From assembly GCF_032191835.1 (NCBI RefSeq), contig NC_083233.1:35030001-35094000 (forward strand): a stretch of DNA of 64,000 nucleotides. Reading direction: 5' to 3'. Made by a program: the position numbers and the translations under genes. The notes beneath the pieces were generated by a model. The model saw only the letters and a list, made by a program, of their open reading frames with translations. It was not told the DNA's origin and searched no databases. This DNA comes from Heteronotia binoei. Lineage: Eukaryota. Positions within the stretch are counted from its first letter, which is position 1. Every line of letters starts with the position of its first letter. Below, piece by piece: positions 44,601 to 60,612 of the stretch.

Positions 44601-46965
44601 GTTGTCTCTTCCACTGGTTGAAATCTAGGTTGCAGACTCCCGTGAGTGGAGATTTGACTTTTGCACTTGCTGATAATTTGCTGCTCTCAAAAGTGCAATG
44701 TATGTTGTTGGCACTGCAAAAGCAAACAGAACATGTCACTAACATTATAATCGGGAGCGACTAGATCATCTTTATTTCACTAGCAATTTGTTAAGAGTAT
44801 AGAGAAAATAGAATAAATTCATGCAAAACACAGGTAAGTTCCCAGCTGCCATGAATAATAGAAATAACTAGTTCTGGTGATATCCCCTGCTCTTGTATTA
44901 TATAATAGGCCCCTCCTTGTAATGAAAGACTGTCCCCTTAGCACAGGTTAGCGCTAGAATTAATTTAGTAAGGAAAAAAACTAAATTTGTTCTCTTCCTA
45001 GCTACTTAAGAAGCCAGAAAAAGATGAAAGAGACTTTGAAAAAAAGGAAAAGGCCAAGAAACTGGAGAAAGAGAGTCTGAGGGAGGAAAAGGCTGCCAGT
45101 GCAATCAGCAGTGCACCAGCCAAGCGCTCCGAAGGGGAGGTTAAAGAGGAGAAGGCCAAAAAGTTAGTGTTCTCTTCTCAGTACGTATCCTTGTTTAATA
45201 GAATATGCTGGTTAATTAGGTTGTCTTATCCAGGAACTGCTCTTGAATTAAAATCTGCTAGCTGTCCAAAACAACTGCGGAGGGTAAACACATAATCTCT
45301 GGCAAATCACAGAACAGTTCACCATTTGGTCTTTCAAGCAGTTTACAAATGTCTCCAAGCAGATAGTGAATGATGTAACTAAATTAGGGCCTCTTCACAG
45401 TGACTGTAAGAAGCAGGTCTTTGAACTATGTGTACCATATGCGTACATTCATCAAGATGGTGGGACTGGCTCATCACTCCCTATTGAATGTACATATAAT
45501 AGCAAACTTGGGTTTGTTGTTGTGTAATGTGTAGAACAGTCCTGAGAAATCTTAAATCTGTCAGACTGGTCTGTAATTTATCTTGTCTAAATTACAAGGG
45601 ACAGTTTTGTCTTGTGGCTTTCGGTACTGCAACTTGAACTAATACCTAAATTTTGCCTGGAGTTGTCATAATGTTTAGTTATCTGAGCCGATGCTTTCTT
45701 GTTTCACCTTAATTGAATTTTCAAATGTCTTTCTTCACGCAGATTGGAAGATGATTGTGGCAAAGATTACAGAGAAAGAGAGCGAGAGTATGACCGGGAC
45801 AGAGAGTATGAGAGAATCCAGCGTGAGAGGGACAAGCTTAGGCGCCAGGAAGATGAACGGAGGAGGCAGAAAGAACGCTTTGAGAAAGAGAAGGTTTTCA
45901 GAAGAAAAGAGGAAGATATGAAAAAGGAAAGAGACTCTTTGCGAGAGAAAGGAAAGCGGTCTGAACTGCCTGACTATCTAGGCAATATGGAGAAACCCGA
46001 GAAAGTAACCAAAGAGGATAAAAAAGAAGATTTGGCTAAGAGGGATCGCATTAGAAACAAGGTACTGATTCTGTGATCTGTTTTCACTCTTTGCCATGTT
46101 GTGCACTTAGCTTTTGTGATAAACTGCTTAGGGGGGAAGGGTTCGATGAACTGCCACAAATTCATCTGTATTAATATCCTGTTAAGGTCTAAATGTTTTA
46201 TAATGCAGTTTATTTCTAGCTAAAGATGGACACAATTGTAGTTAACGTCCCTTTTCAGGCAAATGTATTTTAAATTAAAAGTTGTCATTATTATGTAACA
46301 ACTAAACATCTGGATTGACACTTGAGTTGCCAGAATGTTTGTTTAGACCCTGCACACTGCAGTTTATGCTGGAATACCTGGCTGTGCTTTAAAAGAGTCA
46401 TCTATAGTTTCTTTGCTGTCCTCAGTTCAACAGCTCTACAGATCACGGTCTTACCTGTTGCTTCTCATTTACACAGTTTTTTTTTAAAATCCTGTTCTTT
46501 CTCTGAAAAGTTCAGGGTGAGTCACAAGCAGTGTTCCCTCTAAGCTGAGTTAGCATGAGCTAGCTCACAGATTTTTAGCCTCTAGCTCACACATTTTTGT
46601 CTTAGCTCAGGAAAGATGACCCCAGAGCACAATAATTTATGCAGTAGCTCACAAAGTATAATTTTTGCTCACAAGACTGCAGCTTAGAGAGAATATTGGT
46701 CACAAGTGACTGTCCAGTCCTTGCTTCCGCCCCACCCCAGTTAGGCTGAGATACAGTAAACCAGCCTAAAATGGAGCAGAAAGTTTCATCACAACATAAT
46801 ATATTGTTAATGTTTCAGGATCGCCCAGCCATGCAGCTCTACCAGCCAGGGGCTCGAAGTCGGAGTCGTTTATGTGCGTATGATGAGAGCTCTTCAAAGT
46901 CACCTGATAAAGCAGTGGATAAAAAGCTGGAATGTGAGATGATAAATGCGAAAGAGGAAGACTGA
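35606..46965 (+). CDS. UPF3B: Regulator of nonsense transcripts 3B, 480 aa. Exons 35606-35764, 39247-39353, 39505-39611, 40648-40746, 41301-41411, 43427-43470, 43904-44092, 45002-45162, 45743-46061, 46819-46965
   Basis: 1443-nt spliced ORF: MKEDKENARPKEK...KETLSK/VVIRRLPPSLTKEQLEEHL...RAYINFKNQEDIVLFRDRFDGYVF...EYPAIVEFAPFQK...KRDRIRNK/DRPAMQLYQPGARSR (RRM domain and EJC-binding motif). Intron 3 needs a GC donor. AATAAA at 47750. Confidence 0.97.
36021..36296. mobile_element. hAT-Charlie-like MITE
   Basis: TIRs; TSD tgctaaaa/tgctataa. Confidence 0.82.
36653..36855. repeat. Penelope-like element remnant folded into a 79-bp inverted repeat
   Basis: Arms 36653-36731 and 36747-36825, 15-nt loop. 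Related pieces at about 2160-2240, 18445-18560 and 28245-28440. Confidence 0.65.
37653..37869 (+). mobile_element. tRNA-derived SINE (Squam3-like)
   Basis: A box (ggtgtagtggtt) and B box (ggtttgattccc); tail tcttcttct. Confidence 0.75.
37993..38587 (+). mobile_element. Sauria-type SINE carrying a nested opposite-strand copy (38189-38470)
   Basis: The 5' part 37993-38188 and 3' part 38471-38587 join into one SINE; the insert is the reverse complement of the same family. Confidence 0.8.
42141..42388. mobile_element. hAT-Charlie-like MITE (CAGGGGTCCTCAAAC end)
   Basis: TIRs; perfect TSD gactaaag. Confidence 0.85.
46529..46698. mobile_element. hAT-type MITE, family A
   Basis: Same TIRs; perfect TSD gtcacaag. 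Confidence 0.88.
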
Positions 46966-48204
46966 TGAGTCGTGGGTTTTTGGACCGACCTGTTAACAGC
47001 CAAAGAGCATGAACTGCGCTGTCCAGAAGTGCCTTGGAGGAGAAAGGGGGACAGTACTTTTGGATGTCTCTGGTTTCAAAGCCTCAATGCAGAGTCAAGA
47101 CTCAAACTGTATTCTCTCAGTTCATTGTCACGGGTGGGAGGAGGAGGTGGTGATTGTGGCAGTGAACTGCAAGGGGGGAAAAAGCTTTCCAGTTCCTTAG
47201 AAATAGGCTTAATTGCCCCCCCCAATAAGTCATGTGACTAAGGGTATCCCAATGCCATGCTCTCTTTGAAATAGTAGCCATGTACCAGTATTTGCACTTA
47301 AATACAGCCATCTTGAACCCTCAGGATTGCTCAAGTGTTAATGCCTTTATCACTGCGCTGTGTGGAATTTGTAACTAACCAAGGTGGGAGGAAGTAGTTC
47401 TAGCATTGAGAGAGGTTTTGTCTGTGGAGCTGCTTGCAGCTGATAGCAGAAATGCATTTTTAGATCAGGAGGCAGCTAAGCTTTGTTTCCCCTTCCCCAT
47501 CACAGCTATAAAATCTTCACTGAAATGAAAGGATTTTTTTGTTCATATCTTGTGTAATATCCAGATACTGATGCAACTTTATTTAGCTGTGTAGTAATTT
47601 CCAGCTTTTCCTGGTACTAGAGGGGGAAATGTTCCATTTCAGTTCATTGTCTTTCCTGAGGCATTAGAGCGTCTTGCAACCCAGGAAGAACTTTTACTAA
47701 GAGTTGTGGCTCCTCCTTTATGCTAACACAACACAGCTATTTTGTACTAAATAAAACTTGAGAGAAACCATTTAAAACTTGCTTAAATTATTTCTGGCAT
47801 GTTCCAGTGTGCATGTGGTTTCCAGTTTTCATTCTGATACGATCTTCCTCTTGATGCGTCCAGAGTGCCTTTAAGTTGATGTTCCTGATCCTGTTCCAAT
47901 TGGTAGTATATTTAAATTTGTATATTGCCTCTGACTGCTAGTGCACTATTGAAGTCAGTTATTCACACTGCACCTCCTGTGCATTACTTTGACACAAGTC
48001 ATTGTCCTAAATCTTTCCTACAGAATGCAATACAAGGGTGTGTCAAAATTATAAATTTACGTATCTAATGCCTTTTGACAGCTCTTCAGTAGTAGTAATA
48101 TTTTAATGTCAGGGCTGCTGCAGCACAGTAGCTAAGCAGGGGAGCTCTGCCTTTCAAAGTCATTGCTTCAAATGTCAGCTCTGCCATGAACTCATCATGA
48201 GAAG

Positions 48205-48425
48205 AAGAGCTGGTTTTTGTACCCCACTTTTTTCTACTGTAAGGAGTCTCAAAATGGCTTACAATCTCCTTCACTTCCTGTCAGTATAACAAGCACCTTG
48301 TGAGGTAAGTGGGGCTGAGAATTTTGAGAGAACCGTGTCTGGCCTAAGGTCACCAAGCAGGCTTTATGTGGAGAAGCAGGGACTCAAACACAGTCTGCTG
48401 CTCTTGACCACTACACCACACTGGC
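48205..48425 (-). mobile_element. Squam3-like SINE
   Basis: Same family body; tRNA-like head at about 48370-48425. Confidence 0.6.
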
Positions 48426-48884
48426 TGTCACACCAGCTTAGGTAGCTTGAGGCCAATCCACTCAGAGATGAATTCAGTCTTCCATTTGCAATGTGAAGAT
48501 AGTAGAAATTGCTGACATTTACAGGCCTGTCTGTAAGGATGTAAAAGCTAGAAGCAGCTTAGAACGCAGAAGAGTAATGCATAAATAGTTAACAGTATTA
48601 GTAAGATCCACCTTGTCCCATGAACAAATGAGGCAGATCACATTTGATCTGCAGACTGGGAGAAGTGCTATCTATGTGACTGCTGTACGACACAACTGTG
48701 AAGGGCCCAGTTAAAGCTCCATGAAGCTCCAGTCCTGTTCTCAGCATGTTTTTTAACCTCCATACAGTTTACATACTGCCACTGAGTTTTGGGGCTTTTC
48801 CATCTAATAGTAAAATTCCAGCAGGTTGCTGTGTTAGGCTGACAAATATACCCATTTAGACTCCTAGCCAAATTTGCTTTCTCA

Positions 48885-49086
48885 AAGGGTTGCCAAACTC
48901 CAGGTAGTGGCTGCAGATCTACTATTACAACTGATTTCTAGGTGACAGATCAGTTCACCTGGCAAAAACAGCTGCTTTGGAAGGTGGACTCTATGGCATT
49001 ACATCTGACTGCTCTCCCCAAACCCTGTCCTTAGGCTCCACCCCCAAAATCTCCAGGTAGTTCTCAACCCAGAGCTGGCGACCCTA
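48885..49086. mobile_element. TAGGGTTGCCA-family MITE
   Basis: TIRs; TSD ctttctca/ctttctta. Confidence 0.8.
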
Positions 49087-49202
49087 CTTTCTTACAACAA
49101 GCAGGGTTTGATTTTCAAAATGGGTGCTGCTCCTCTATCCCATAATCCTTGTGAGTGAAGGTTTGTGCCCCACCAAAAAAACTATTAGAGCTTCAGTAAT
49201 GA

Positions 49203-49390
49203 ACCCTGATCTGGATAGCCCATGCAAGCCCAATCTCATCAGATCTTGGAAACTAAGCAAGGTCAACTCTGGCAAGTACTTGTTCGATGAAAGACTTCCT
49301 TGGAATACCAGGAGGCAGGGGCAGGCTTCACTCAGCCACCCCTCTGAATGACCTCCATGCTCCCAGTAGGGGTCAGTCACCAGTGGCTGC
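49203..49390 (+). mobile_element. 5S rRNA-derived SINE
   Basis: cccaatctcatcagatcttggaaactaagcaaggtc...agtactt resembles the 5S internal control region but is degenerate. Confidence 0.6.
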
Positions 49391-50047
49391 CATTTAAAAA
49401 AAAAAATTAATAATATGGCTTGAGCCCTGGTACAAATTGAGTTCCAACCAAAAGTGCTAATACACTATATTTGAACTATGGCTTCAGAGCACCGTCAGCC
49501 TGTGTCTCATTGCTGGTGAGACATTTGCCTAAACTGCTGCCTTTGCTTTTAAGCAAGGGAAAATGCCACTGTTTTTTCTTCTGTTCCTGCAATCGGAAAA
49601 CTTGTTTGGTACCCAGCACCAATTGATCTAATTCAGTTTTGCTTGCAGCGTGGCCTCTTTGCTACTTTAGGACTACAATTGCAGACTTTGTCACTGTGTC
49701 TTCAAACCCAACCCCCCTTTTTTTGTACCAAACATCCAGCTTAATGGAGAATTCTAGAGAACTCAAAAGCTTGCAGGCTATTTTGTGATATATTTGGTTC
49801 ATCTGATAAAACAGTATTTACACTTCTGTTCTTGAAACTTGTCCACAAACAAGTTACTTGTGACCTGACCTTCAATCATATTACAAATCCATTTACATGT
49901 GTGTGTGCACAAAAGTATAAAATAGACAGTGGCCAATTGTATCGTGGTAAGTAGGAAGTATTAAAACCAGAACATTACATTAATCTTGGTGGAAGAGCTC
50001 TGCAGATTTCAGAACTGACTGCCTTGAACAGTTGATGCCAAATGAGT

Positions 50048-51412
50048 GTAGGAAAAGGAAAGGCACCCTGTGCAAGCACCAGTCATTTCCAGTCGTTTCT
50101 GGGATGACGTTGCTTTCACAATCTTTTCACGGCAGACTTTTTACGGGGTGGTTTGCCATTGCCTTCCCCAGCCATCTACACTTTCCCCCCAGCAAGCTAG
50201 GTACTCATTTTACTGACCTCAGAAGGATGACTTTTGATAAAGGTTTTTGATAAAGTTCCACATACTATCCTAGTTGACAAGTTGGTAAAATGTGGTTTGG
50301 ATCCTGTTACCATTAGGTGGATCTGTAACGGGTTGAGATCACACCCAAAGAAGTGCTTGTGAATGGTTCCTTATCCTCTTGGAGAGGAGTGACAAGTGGA
50401 ATACCTCAAGGATCTGTCCTGGGACCTGTTTTGTTCAACATCTTTATCAATGATTTGGATGAAGGAATAGAGGGAATGCTTATTAAATTTGCAGATTATA
50501 CTAAATTGGGAGGGGCTGCAAACACAGAAGACAGAAACAGGATATAGGATGACCTTGACAGGCTGGCAAACTGGGCTAAAATCAATAAAACAAATTTTAA
50601 CAGGGATAAATGTAAAGTTCTGCATTTAGGTAGGAAAAATCCAATGCATGGTTACAGGATGAGGGAGACTTGTCTTAGCAGTAGTATGTGCGAAAAGGAT
50701 CTAGGGGTCTTAATTTATCATACGCTGAACCTGAGTCAACAGTGTGATGCGGTGGCTAAAAAGGCAGATGCAATTTTGGGCTGTATCAACAGAAGTATAG
50801 TGTCCAGATCACGTGATGTGATGGTATCGCTTTACTCTGCTCTGGTAAGATCTCACCAGGAATATTGTGTTCAGTTTTGGGCACCACATTTTAAGAAGGA
50901 TATAGACAAGCTGGAACGGGTCCAGAGGAGGGTGACAAAGATGGTGAGGGGTCTGGAGACCAAGTCCTATGAGGAAAGGTTGAGGGAGCTGGGGATGTTT
51001 AGCCTGGAGAGGAGGCGGCTGAGAGGTGATATGATCACCATCTTCAAGTACTTGAAGGGCTGTCATATAGAGGATGGTGTGGAATTGTTTTCTGTGGCCC
51101 TGGAAAGTAGGGCAAGAACCAATGGGTTGAAATTAAATCAAAAGTTTCCGGCTCAACATTAGGAAGAACTTCCTGTTAAGAGCGGTTCCTCAGTGGAACA
51201 GGCTTCCTCGGGAGGTGGTGGGCTCTCCTTCCTTGGAGGTTTTTAAACAGATGGCCATCTGACAACAATGAAAATCCTGTGAATTTAGGGGGAAGTGTTT
51301 GTGAGTTTCCTGCATTGTGCAGGGGGTTGGACTAGATGACCCTAGAGGTCCCTTCCAACTCTATGATTCTATGGAAGGCTGAGTCAACCTGGAGCCGGCT
51401 ACCTGAAAACCC
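50048..51412 (-). mobile_element. Sauria-type SINE split by CR1 (50048-50230 and 51373-51412)
   Basis: Matches the 38189-38470 copy on both sides of the CR1. Confidence 0.75.
50231..51372 (+). mobile_element. CR1 LINE 3' fragment, inserted in a Sauria-type SINE
   Basis: [24 protein letters not shown]...[10 protein letters not shown] and YCVQFWAPHFKKDIDKLERVQRR; 3' tail ccttccaactctatgattctat. Confidence 0.92.
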
Positions 51413-51537
51413 TTTAATAACATACGTATTTCACAGGAGTAGAAATGTTCCTTGAGCAACACCAGGGGTCGCTGTAGCTGAGGAGCATCTAGCCCGCTTC
51501 TTCCTGTCTCTGTTCTCTCCCATCACTCAGTGCTCCA

Positions 51538-51555
51538 CCTTTCCTTTCTCTCTTC
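51538..51555 (+). promoter_or_regulatory. Polypyrimidine TCT/5'TOP initiator of RPL39
   Basis: Unbroken pyrimidine run (cctttcctttctctcttcc) about 40 nt before GCCATG, typical of ribosomal protein genes. Confidence 0.7.
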
Positions 51556-51594
51556 CGCTGCGACATAGTGGTGACTGGTTGCGCGGTCTTCGCC

Positions 51595-55936
<4,342 letters not shown>

Positions 55937-56916
55937 AGAGAAGCCGCTCCAGCCCTTGTAGCGCATTTCAGCCTGCATCGAGACTTCATATGGCCCTTTG
56001 CCACCAACCTGCCACAGCCCTGTTTTCAAAGCTGACTCATGTTGTGCATATTTTCTTTTACAGACCTTTATTTTCACAAAGGGTTTTTTGAAAGAATTAA
56101 AACCAAATAATGGAAAGCTTTGTGTACAATTAGTGCCTTTTTAGTTCTCAGTGCATCTATGTTCAAGGAATTCTTGTTGCTGGTTGAGAGAGGTTCATTA
56201 ATAAATATGAGATCACACAGAGTCCAGTGAATTAACAATTTATGGTTGGATTTACTGTTTACACTCGCTGCATACGGGGGAGTTGGCAACAGTACAAAAG
56301 GCTAATGGCTGTGAAATTGGCACCTATTTGAGAGAGGCTGGAAGCTGCCTGCTGTGTTTTAGTGAGTGCATAGCTTGAAACAAGCAGGGGACAGTCCTCT
56401 GTGCCAATGTGGTGCTGAGAAACATATTTCTCAGGGACTGGAAATGCTGTTTGATCGGCTACAGAAGGCCCAAGCAGAGGCTGGGGAGAGGAAAACTAAA
56501 AGGTATAAGGCTTAGCGGAAGCTGTGAAGAAGTAAGTCCTAGGGGCTTGATCTGTTAGAGGAAAAACTTAATTCAGAAAGCATGGCCACTCTGAAATTTT
56601 TTAAGAGACTCAAACCACTTGCTTTCTTGTCAAAACCTGCTGGGACAATGCTTAACTTGCTGTTAGAAGTAGAAAGTGTAGCTAATTTTTTTCATATTAA
56701 TTTCACCCAGACATAGCTTGCAACCAAGAAACCTGGCCCCTGTAGTTCTGTGAAGTTTCTAGCAATCTCCCAAGAAGCCTTAGTGGCCACATAAAATAAT
56801 TCCCAGATTGCCTTTGGGTAGTTCTGGTTACCCCATATAACTGACAGCAGCCAACACAGAAGATCAGAGCCCTGAGAACATTTAAAGATCAAGCATGATG
56901 CTGAGGTTTTTTTCCC

Positions 56917-57280
56917 TAGAATCAGAATCATAGAGTTGGAAGGGACCTCCAGGGTCATCTAGCCCAACCCCCTGCACAATGCAGGAAACTCACAAACGCC
57001 TCCCCCTAAATTCACAGAATCTTCATTGCTGTCAGATGGCCATCAAGCCTCTGTTTAAAAACCTCCAAGGAAGGAGAGCCCACCACCTCCTGAGGAAGCC
57101 TGTTCCACCGAGGAATCGCTCTAACAGTCAGGAAGATCTTCCTAATGTTGAGCCAGAAACTCTTGATTTAATTTCAACCCATTTGTTCTGGTCCTACCTT
57201 CCAGGGCCACAGAAAACAATTCCACACCATCCTGTATATGACAGCCCTTCAAGTACTTGAAGATGGTGATCATATCCCTA
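56917..57280 (-). mobile_element. CR1 3' fragment
   Basis: tagaatcagaatcatagagttggaagggacc is the reverse complement of the CR1 tail. Confidence 0.85.
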
Positions 57281-58438
57281 TAAGAAGCATGTTTGTGCAA
57301 CGAAGCATGCGCTGCTAATTCAGCAGTGTGCGATCCAGATTAATTCAGTGAGTGTTCACAGCTCTTAAGCAGTAATTTTAACTCAAGCTAGTGCTTATGC
57401 TGCTGTTGTAGTGCAATTAGGATGGTAACTGTCATTGTGTCACTAGCCCGTATTGGCTTGTAACTGTACTTCACTTTTCCAAAGGTACAACTCCTGACCC
57501 CTTGATAACTTCCTTTGTTGAATGTTTATGTTTTGTTATTTATAAATTACGTTTTGAAGCATAACAGCCTTGCAGAAGGGGAACATTCTCACCTACAGTT
57601 TAAGGAGAAAACGTTTATGAAAGGCTATCCTCAGTCCTAGCAGATACGGTTTAATTTTAAGACCTGTCTTCTGTCCTGTCAAGTTGTGAATCCCTCCTCT
57701 CCAGTGTTGGAATGCACATGGTCCTTGTTTTTAAAACACAGAAACATCACAATAGGTTGACAGCAGCTCTATAAACCCACCTAAAGTAGATGAGATCTTG
57801 GAACACACACAACACTCCAGTTAATCTGCTTTTTGTTCTTTATTTGAAAGTGCTCTGATTGTTCCAAATTTGCATCTGTATTTTTAGACATGCAAATCTC
57901 TTGAATTTCTGATTACAAAGATACTTATCAAAATGCATGGATGGTGCTTATGAGAAGCTTTGTAGCCAAAGGGGGTGCCTGCCCCAGATTTCCAGGGGCT
58001 TAGGTGTGGGGTTTTACTGTTCAGCATTGCTCCTTCCCCCACCCAAAGCCAGAATAAATTACGCAGAATAAAAACCTATATAAATCAGTAAAATTTGCTT
58101 GCCCAGGTTGCAGAATTTCTCTTTTCCTGGCTCAGTACTTAAAAGGTTAGTTTGTCTTTTAAATTGTCTATTGTTTTCCCTATGGATGGACTTTAGCACA
58201 GCACGAGATGGGTCTTTAGTTCATGTACTACCACTCCTTCATTTTCTTCCAAGACCTTGGACTTCTCACACCTAAGGCTAAACTACGAGTCTGGGCGGGT
58301 TGGCTGAAGCCAGCATCTTACAGATAACCTCACCTACCTCCCAGGCTTCCTCCTGCAGCATTCCCACCCTTTCATGATGGCTTCTGTCACAATCCACCCA
58401 GTCAACAGACTCAAGTGCCTCTGCTACTGAGCAAATGT

Positions 58439-59482
58439 CTACCGCTCTTGGAAGAATGCGATGGCTTGCCTGAACAAGTTCCTTAAAGTGGTCAGTCTGG
58501 CAATAGGCCTGCGGCTGTTCTCTTCCTCTTGAACACCCTCGCAGCCTCTTTTGAACCCGTTGCTCCTACTGCGTCTGGATGACACACAGTTGTTGTTGGT
58601 GTTGAACACTCCTTGGAAGGCTACGTCTTCCTCACAAGCCCCCAAAAGCTCCTTCAGCTCCCTTGGAGCATCTGCTCGGAGATACTGCCATGCTTGGCGG
58701 CCGTTATGATCCCGGAGGCTCGTGTTGGCCCCATAGGCCCCCACCAGCACCTTGATGACCATCTCATGTCCCTGAAGAGCAGCCAAGTGGAGAGGAGTTA
58801 GCCTGCCACTAGCAGTGAATATGTTGACATCAACCGGATAACGCTGCTTCTCAGCAAAAGTGATGACTTCTATCAAGTCCTCATGATGACCATGTTTGGC
58901 CAACCAGTGGAGGACAGTGAAACCGGTCACAAAATCTGTTCTGGAGAGCAGGCTGGGATCCTGGTCCAGCAACCGGAGGATACTCCTTGCATCTCCTTGG
59001 GCCACGGTCAGCATCCACTCATGCTCCAGCGGGTCTAGCACCAATGACAAGTCCTCCAAGTTGGCTTCCACAAGAGGATCATGGCCTTGCTGCCCATCAG
59101 GGACCTCTCCCTTCAGCAAAGCCGCCAGCCACACAGGTTTGGCTTCGCTGCTCTGCAGGAGGATCTCCTTCAGTCCTTTCCTCCTCGTGCTGCTTCCAGC
59201 CGCAGAGAGCCTGGCTGTGTCTGTTCCTGTTGCCCAGTTCTGTGAACGTCTGCTGGCCCTGCTCAGGCTCCTGTTGAAGTTGGACAACTGTGCCCGGCGG
59301 CGCATCAAGCTCTCAGTCCGGACACTGGGGCTGGGGGATTGGCTGCCCACAGCCACCTGCGTTTGAGGTTGGGAGCTGTCCTCTTGCGCACATGTCCTCT
59401 TGCACTCCTGGGATGTCTGCTGTCTATCTAAACTTTTGTCCCTTTGCTGCTCTGACATGCTCTCTCCACCAAGCTCCATCAT
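58439..59482 (-). CDS. SOWAHD: Sosondowah ankyrin repeat domain protein D, about 347 aa from the first ATG, single coding exon
   Basis: MMELGG...LDPLEHEWML...TGFTVLHWLAKHGHHEDL...LTPLHLAALQGHEMVIKVLVGAYGA...RDHNGRQAWQYL...NLFRQAIAFFQER*: ankyrin repeats. Syntenic with RPL39. The ORF-track start at 59593 is a TTG. Confidence 0.92.
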   Translation of the reverse strand: MMELGGESMSEQQRDKSLDRQQTSQECKRTCAQEDSSQPQTQVAVGSQSPSPSVRTESLMRRRAQLSNFNRSLSRASRRSQNWATGTDTARLSAAGSSTRRKGLKEILLQSSEAKPVWLAALLKGEVPDGQQGHDPLVEANLEDLSLVLDPLEHEWMLTVAQGDARSILRLLDQDPSLLSRTDFVTGFTVLHWLAKHGHHEDLIEVITFAEKQRYPVDVNIFTASGRLTPLHLAALQGHEMVIKVLVGAYGANTSLRDHNGRQAWQYLRADAPRELKELLGACEEDVAFQGVFNTNNNCVSSRRSRSNGFKRGCEGVQEEENSRRPIARLTTLRNLFRQAIAFFQER

Positions 59483-60093
59483 TCCTCCAGAGTTTTCTAC
59501 ATTTCTGTTGACGTTAACCAGTTGGGTTTTATTTTTTGTAAACCCACAAGCGCTGCCTTCCGGCTGGTGAGATGGGCGCTCCCGAGCTTTCAACAGCGCA
59601 GCTTCCTGATTCTGCCTGCAAAGGAGAAGAAACAGTTTCGGTACTCAGGAGGAAGAAAACGCTTGTGGTGAAATGGGCTGCATGAAAGGCAGCAATTGCC
59701 TGGTCTGCGAAAGAGCAGACAGGCACAATTGCTTTTGTCAATGGGCTCAGAGCTGGTTGGTATAACCCTGCCTGTAAATTTCTCCGCCTCCCAGCCCTTG
59801 CCTAATACATGCTCCAAATACAGCCCCCCCTCCACATTTCTAAAGCCTGAGTTAAACTTAGTACTTCCCCTTGGGACTTCACATGCACCTGGCATCTCCT
59901 TTAAAGGGGGCCCCTGCGTATGAAAAGCAGCTACATGGCACAGGTAGCTTCTTTGCATGGATAGGAGCTCAGTTCAAACACAAACTGCAGCCTGCACAGA
60001 GTTCCACAGAAGAATGTTTTTGCCTCGTCTTCACCTGGATGACTTTTGAAGTTAGAACAGAAGCATGTTTTTTAAAATATCGAGACAGATAAT

Positions 60094-60275
60094 CAGGGCT
60101 TTTTTTGTAGCAGGAACTCCTTTGCATATTAGGCCACACCCCTGATGTAGCCAGTCCTCCAAGAGTTTACAGTAAGTCCTGGATTAAGAGCCCTGTAAAC
60201 TCTTTGAGGATTGGCTGCATCAGAGGTGTGTGGCCTAATATGCAAAGATGTTCCTGCTACCAAAAAGAAGCCCTG
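60094..60275. mobile_element. hAT-type MITE, family B
   Basis: TIRs; TSD cagataat/cagacagt. Confidence 0.8.
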
Positions 60276-60397
60276 CAGACAGTAGTTTTGATCAAAGCAG
60301 CTGCAGAGAGGCTTCACTGTCCAGAGTCTACACACATTCATATTTGTATTACCTCTGGGGTTAAACAAACCTGACAGGTTTGTAGGATACCAAAACC

Positions 60398-60612
60398 AGT
60401 GTGGTGCAGGGATCGAAGTGTAGGGCTTGGGAGACCAAGGTTGAAACCCCCACTCGGCCATGGAAGCTTATTGGGTGATCTTGGGCCAGTTTTTCCCTCA
60501 CAGCCCTACTCTACCTCACAGGATTGTTGTGAGGATACAATGAAGGAAGGGAGAATTATGCTGCATGCTGCTTTGGAGTGACAAGCAGGCTATAAATATC
60601 CAAATAAATAAA
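60398..60612 (+). mobile_element. tRNA-derived SINE
   Basis: A/B-box head, ctacctcacaggattgttgtgagg body, (AAAT)n tail. Confidence 0.6.

Noticed and set aside
44401-44735. Homologue of the mammalian 39-nt alternative UPF3B exon (VHRFLLQAVNQKN)
   Set aside because: ag/GTGCACAGA at 44408 hits TGA after five codons. VQCMLLALQKQTE near 44694 has no AG acceptor and only weak similarity.
49203-49300. 5S rRNA gene
   Set aside because: Too diverged and fused to non-5S sequence, so treated as a SINE.
58896-59366. 156-aa plus-strand ORF
   Set aside because: Antisense shadow of the SOWAHD coding frame.
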